From contig NC_027218.1 of NCBI RefSeq assembly GCF_000981445.1, forward strand, positions 868,001-932,000: a DNA stretch of 64,000 nucleotides, read 5' to 3'. This DNA comes from Babesia bigemina. Lineage: Eukaryota. Each line of letters starts with the position of its first letter. The first letter of the stretch is position 1. The position numbers were made by a program, and so were the translations under genes. A model generated the notes under the pieces. The model was given only the letters and a program-made list of their open reading frames with translations. It did not search any database and was not told the origin of the DNA. Below, one piece after another: positions 61,158 through 64,000 of the stretch.

Positions 61158-64000
61158 ATGGCAGTGGAGCCGGGGCAGGATGAGCTGGAAGCCATCGAGG
61201 TGGAGCTGCGTAGCGAACCGCGGTTGCAGAAGGCACACCCCGTCAACGGCATCCCGGCGTCGTGCAGGCGCGTGAAGCTGTACGAGATTTATTCGTCGAA
61301 CGTGGGTTCCGCTGGATACGGGAATATCGATACGCAGGATACATGGGTGGACAAGGGCACGGGATATTGCCATATCAAGGAGCCTACCGACCAGGGAAGC
61401 CCGCAGATAGTCATCGAGCTCGAGCAGGAGGGGATGACCGTGGTGGTCATCTCTAACATCTTGTACAACACGAACTACTCATCGCAAAATGGTAAGCGTC
61501 GGTGCGGCATTGAGACGCCTTTTTGTGCTTCCCCTGGTGAACTGCCGGTAACACCTGGCTTTTGCCAATTTTATAAGTGCCAAGCTGTTTTTTCGGGGGT
61601 GTATAACCACGGGTTTCGACCCCGAGATGCGGGACTAGCCGTTCTCCAACATCGATGTACACATCTCGATTTATATACGGAAATAACGGTGTCTACATGA
61701 TTCTGCGTGTTGTTACTAAGGTTTCAAGTGCATTTCATGGGCTATGTGATCTAATATACGCGTAATTGTGTAGTATACATCCACCGCTCATCCCGTGACA
61801 GACTCCATCATCATATGGCAAGAAGGAGGGGAAGGCCGGCTCTACAGGGCGCTCTCATTTCAGAACGTGGTGGGGCACAAGTCGTTTTGGTTAGTTTCGG
61901 CGTCGGTTAACGCAAACGGCGCAGGACGTATATCAGCGGCCTAGTCGACGAGCAATGCATACAGTCGAGCGACCGCGACGGCGGCAGCGGTTCCGAGACG
62001 GAACTCGATGGCGACGGGGATGGCGGCTCTGGCAGCGGATCCGGGCAGAACGGCTCGAGCTCGCCAAACGAGTCGAGCAAATTTAATGTGATGTACCGCG
62101 TCCTGCCCGTGCCCACCGTCGGCGAGCTGCGCAAACTGGAGACCACGCTCGACGCGATGCTGTCACAGAACTCGGTGTCCGATATGGTGTACATGGATCT
62201 TTTGGACAAGCGGTGGCTTATGGAGACATTTGCTATAATGCGCAACTGCGTGGAAATAGAGGACCTGTCCACCCTGTCGGCAATAGCGGCGATCATGTCG
62301 AGGCTCATCCTGAACTGGTGCGGGAACCTGGAGCTCATGCACGTTTTCGTCAGCGACGAGATGTTCATCGATCTCCTGCAGGCGTTCGAATACGACGCAG
62401 AGCTCCTATCGCAAAATATAAGCTTAGAACACGTCAAGTTTTTTCGACAACACGTCAAACACCACGACGTCATCATGCTGGGGAACCCCGCATTTTACAG
62501 ACTGGTGCACTCAAGCTACCGCATCGAGTACCTCAAGGATGTTGTGCTGCCCAGGCAGCTGGACGAGTTCTCCATTCAGCGGCTCAACACCGTCCTGTTC
62601 TCGAACACCAACGAGATCCTCAACATACTGTCCAGCGACGGTCGGGGCTTCGTGGAGTCGCTGAAGGAGCAGCTTCCCCATAAGTACATGGCGGCTTTGC
62701 TCCTGCGCGAGCTCCTGGGGGCCGCCAGGTGCTCGCAGGGTGTAAACCAGCCGGATCGCATCTCGCTGTTGCTGTTGGTTAAGCACAGCCAGCTTCTCAT
62801 CGAGCTCATTGGGTACCTGGACGGTACCGCCCCAGCGTGTCGCGACTTCAGGGAGCACTTACTGCCGAAAAACGAATCCATGGACCGCGAATACACGGCG
62901 CTAAAAGGCGCACTTGCACGGATGCAAGATTACAGACCCGACCTGCTCGGCACTCGTCGGCATGGGCTGATGGACCCCGTCTCACTCGCCGTTGAGATAT
63001 TCAACTTGTGCCTGGAGGTGTTCCCGTCCATCGTAAGGACGGCAGTTTTCGCTGACGCGGAAGCGAAGAGCGAGCCATCGCTCCTGTTTGCGCTCTGTGA
63101 CGTAATCGCTACCAACCCGGATGGGGGAGTGCAGGCACAGACACGTGACATATTCCTCCGGCTGCTGGACCCGAAAAATATGGACCTGCCGGAGAAGGAC
63201 GAGATGTGTTCGCTGTTTTACGACAACGGGGTGCTGGACAGGCTTATTGAGCGGGTGTTCGGAGATAACGTTCCCGACTCCCCCACCATCCGAGTGGCCA
63301 AAGTGCACGCAATGGAGCTCCTGTCACTCTGCGCGCGCGAGCACAGACACAGGTTCAAGTTGCGCGTTCAGAGCCACAAGTTGCCGCTGCGAGTGTTGGC
63401 GAGTTCGCTGAGGCCGTTTGACAAGTTCGTCACGGTGGGAGCCATGAAGTTCCTCCACGTGTGCATCAAGATGAAGGACATGAGCGTAGAACGGCACATC
63501 ATAAAGTACGACGTTCTGAGGCCGGTTTTCTGGATCCTGAAGACCAAAATCAGCGCCGGGAGGGACGGGGGGTCGATGCTGGAAAGCGTCTGCCTCGGCA
63601 TCCTCAGCACCATAGACACGTGGGCCCTGGATGGGCTCGTGGAATGGATATTCCAGGACCCCGTTTGCAGCACCCTGTTCGAAGACCTCAAGCGCGCGTA
63701 CTCCCACTGCTGTGAAAACTTTGTTTTCAACAACCTCGAGAGGATGTACAACTACTCCAGGTCCGGCGGGATGAGCAACAAGAAACGACACGTGATAGTG
63801 GACCCAGATCGATGGTTCGAGGAGGACGACGAAGAGGAGGTCGAGCCCATCAAACGGCACATCATTAACATATCGGGCAGCCTGGTTGATGGCTACGACG
63901 ATGACGACTACACAGGAGACATAGACCTAGCAGACATCACCGCCACCGCGCCGGGGGCCTCCTCGCCGCTTCTACGGCCCGCAGACATGGAACCCTGGGG
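61158..64000 (+). CDS. PPP4R3: Protein phosphatase 4 regulatory subunit 3 (SMEK/Psy2); runs off the window
   Basis: EVH1-like RRVKLY..WVDKGTG, SMK-1 motif HSSYRIEYLKDVVLPRQLDE, AFEYD. Confidence 0.85.
61600..61782 (+). ncRNA. Candidate intronic box H/ACA snoRNA
   Basis: Hairpin CGAGATG/CATCTCG, H box AAATAA (61681-86), hairpin CTACATGATT/AATTGTGTAG, ACA at 61777-79, in the 310-nt intron 61492-61801. Confidence 0.6.

Overview
This is eukaryotic, intron-containing DNA from a piroplasm, most likely a Babesia of the bigemina/ovata/caballi type. That call rests on ves-like variant antigen genes, mostly ~30-40 nt GT-AG introns and tight gene packing. Two large intronless ves-like genes (702-7361 and 43410-50276, minus strand) each carry a colinear ~1 kb upstream element. 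A decayed ves remnant, a small Cys-rich membrane gene and an MFS transporter also sit among housekeeping genes (COX15, MetAP2, tRNA-Leu, MAM33, midasin, STI1/HOP, probable mS23, a MYND protein, a CMC1-like gene missed by the ORF track, EAF6, OLA1, CWC15, UTP7, POLA2, PP4R3). The main unexplained signals are three. First, the unusually long introns (150-420 nt) contain folded RNA elements, including a clear C/D snoRNA and an H/ACA-like RNA. Second, a ~250 nt structured, snR30/U17-like element lies right behind tRNA-Leu. Third, conserved modules flank the ves genes: an upstream element with a conserved 24-codon micro-ORF and hairpin, and a downstream spacer leading into a Cys-rich mini-antigen. 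All structures and splice sites were read by eye and need computational or RNA-seq confirmation.
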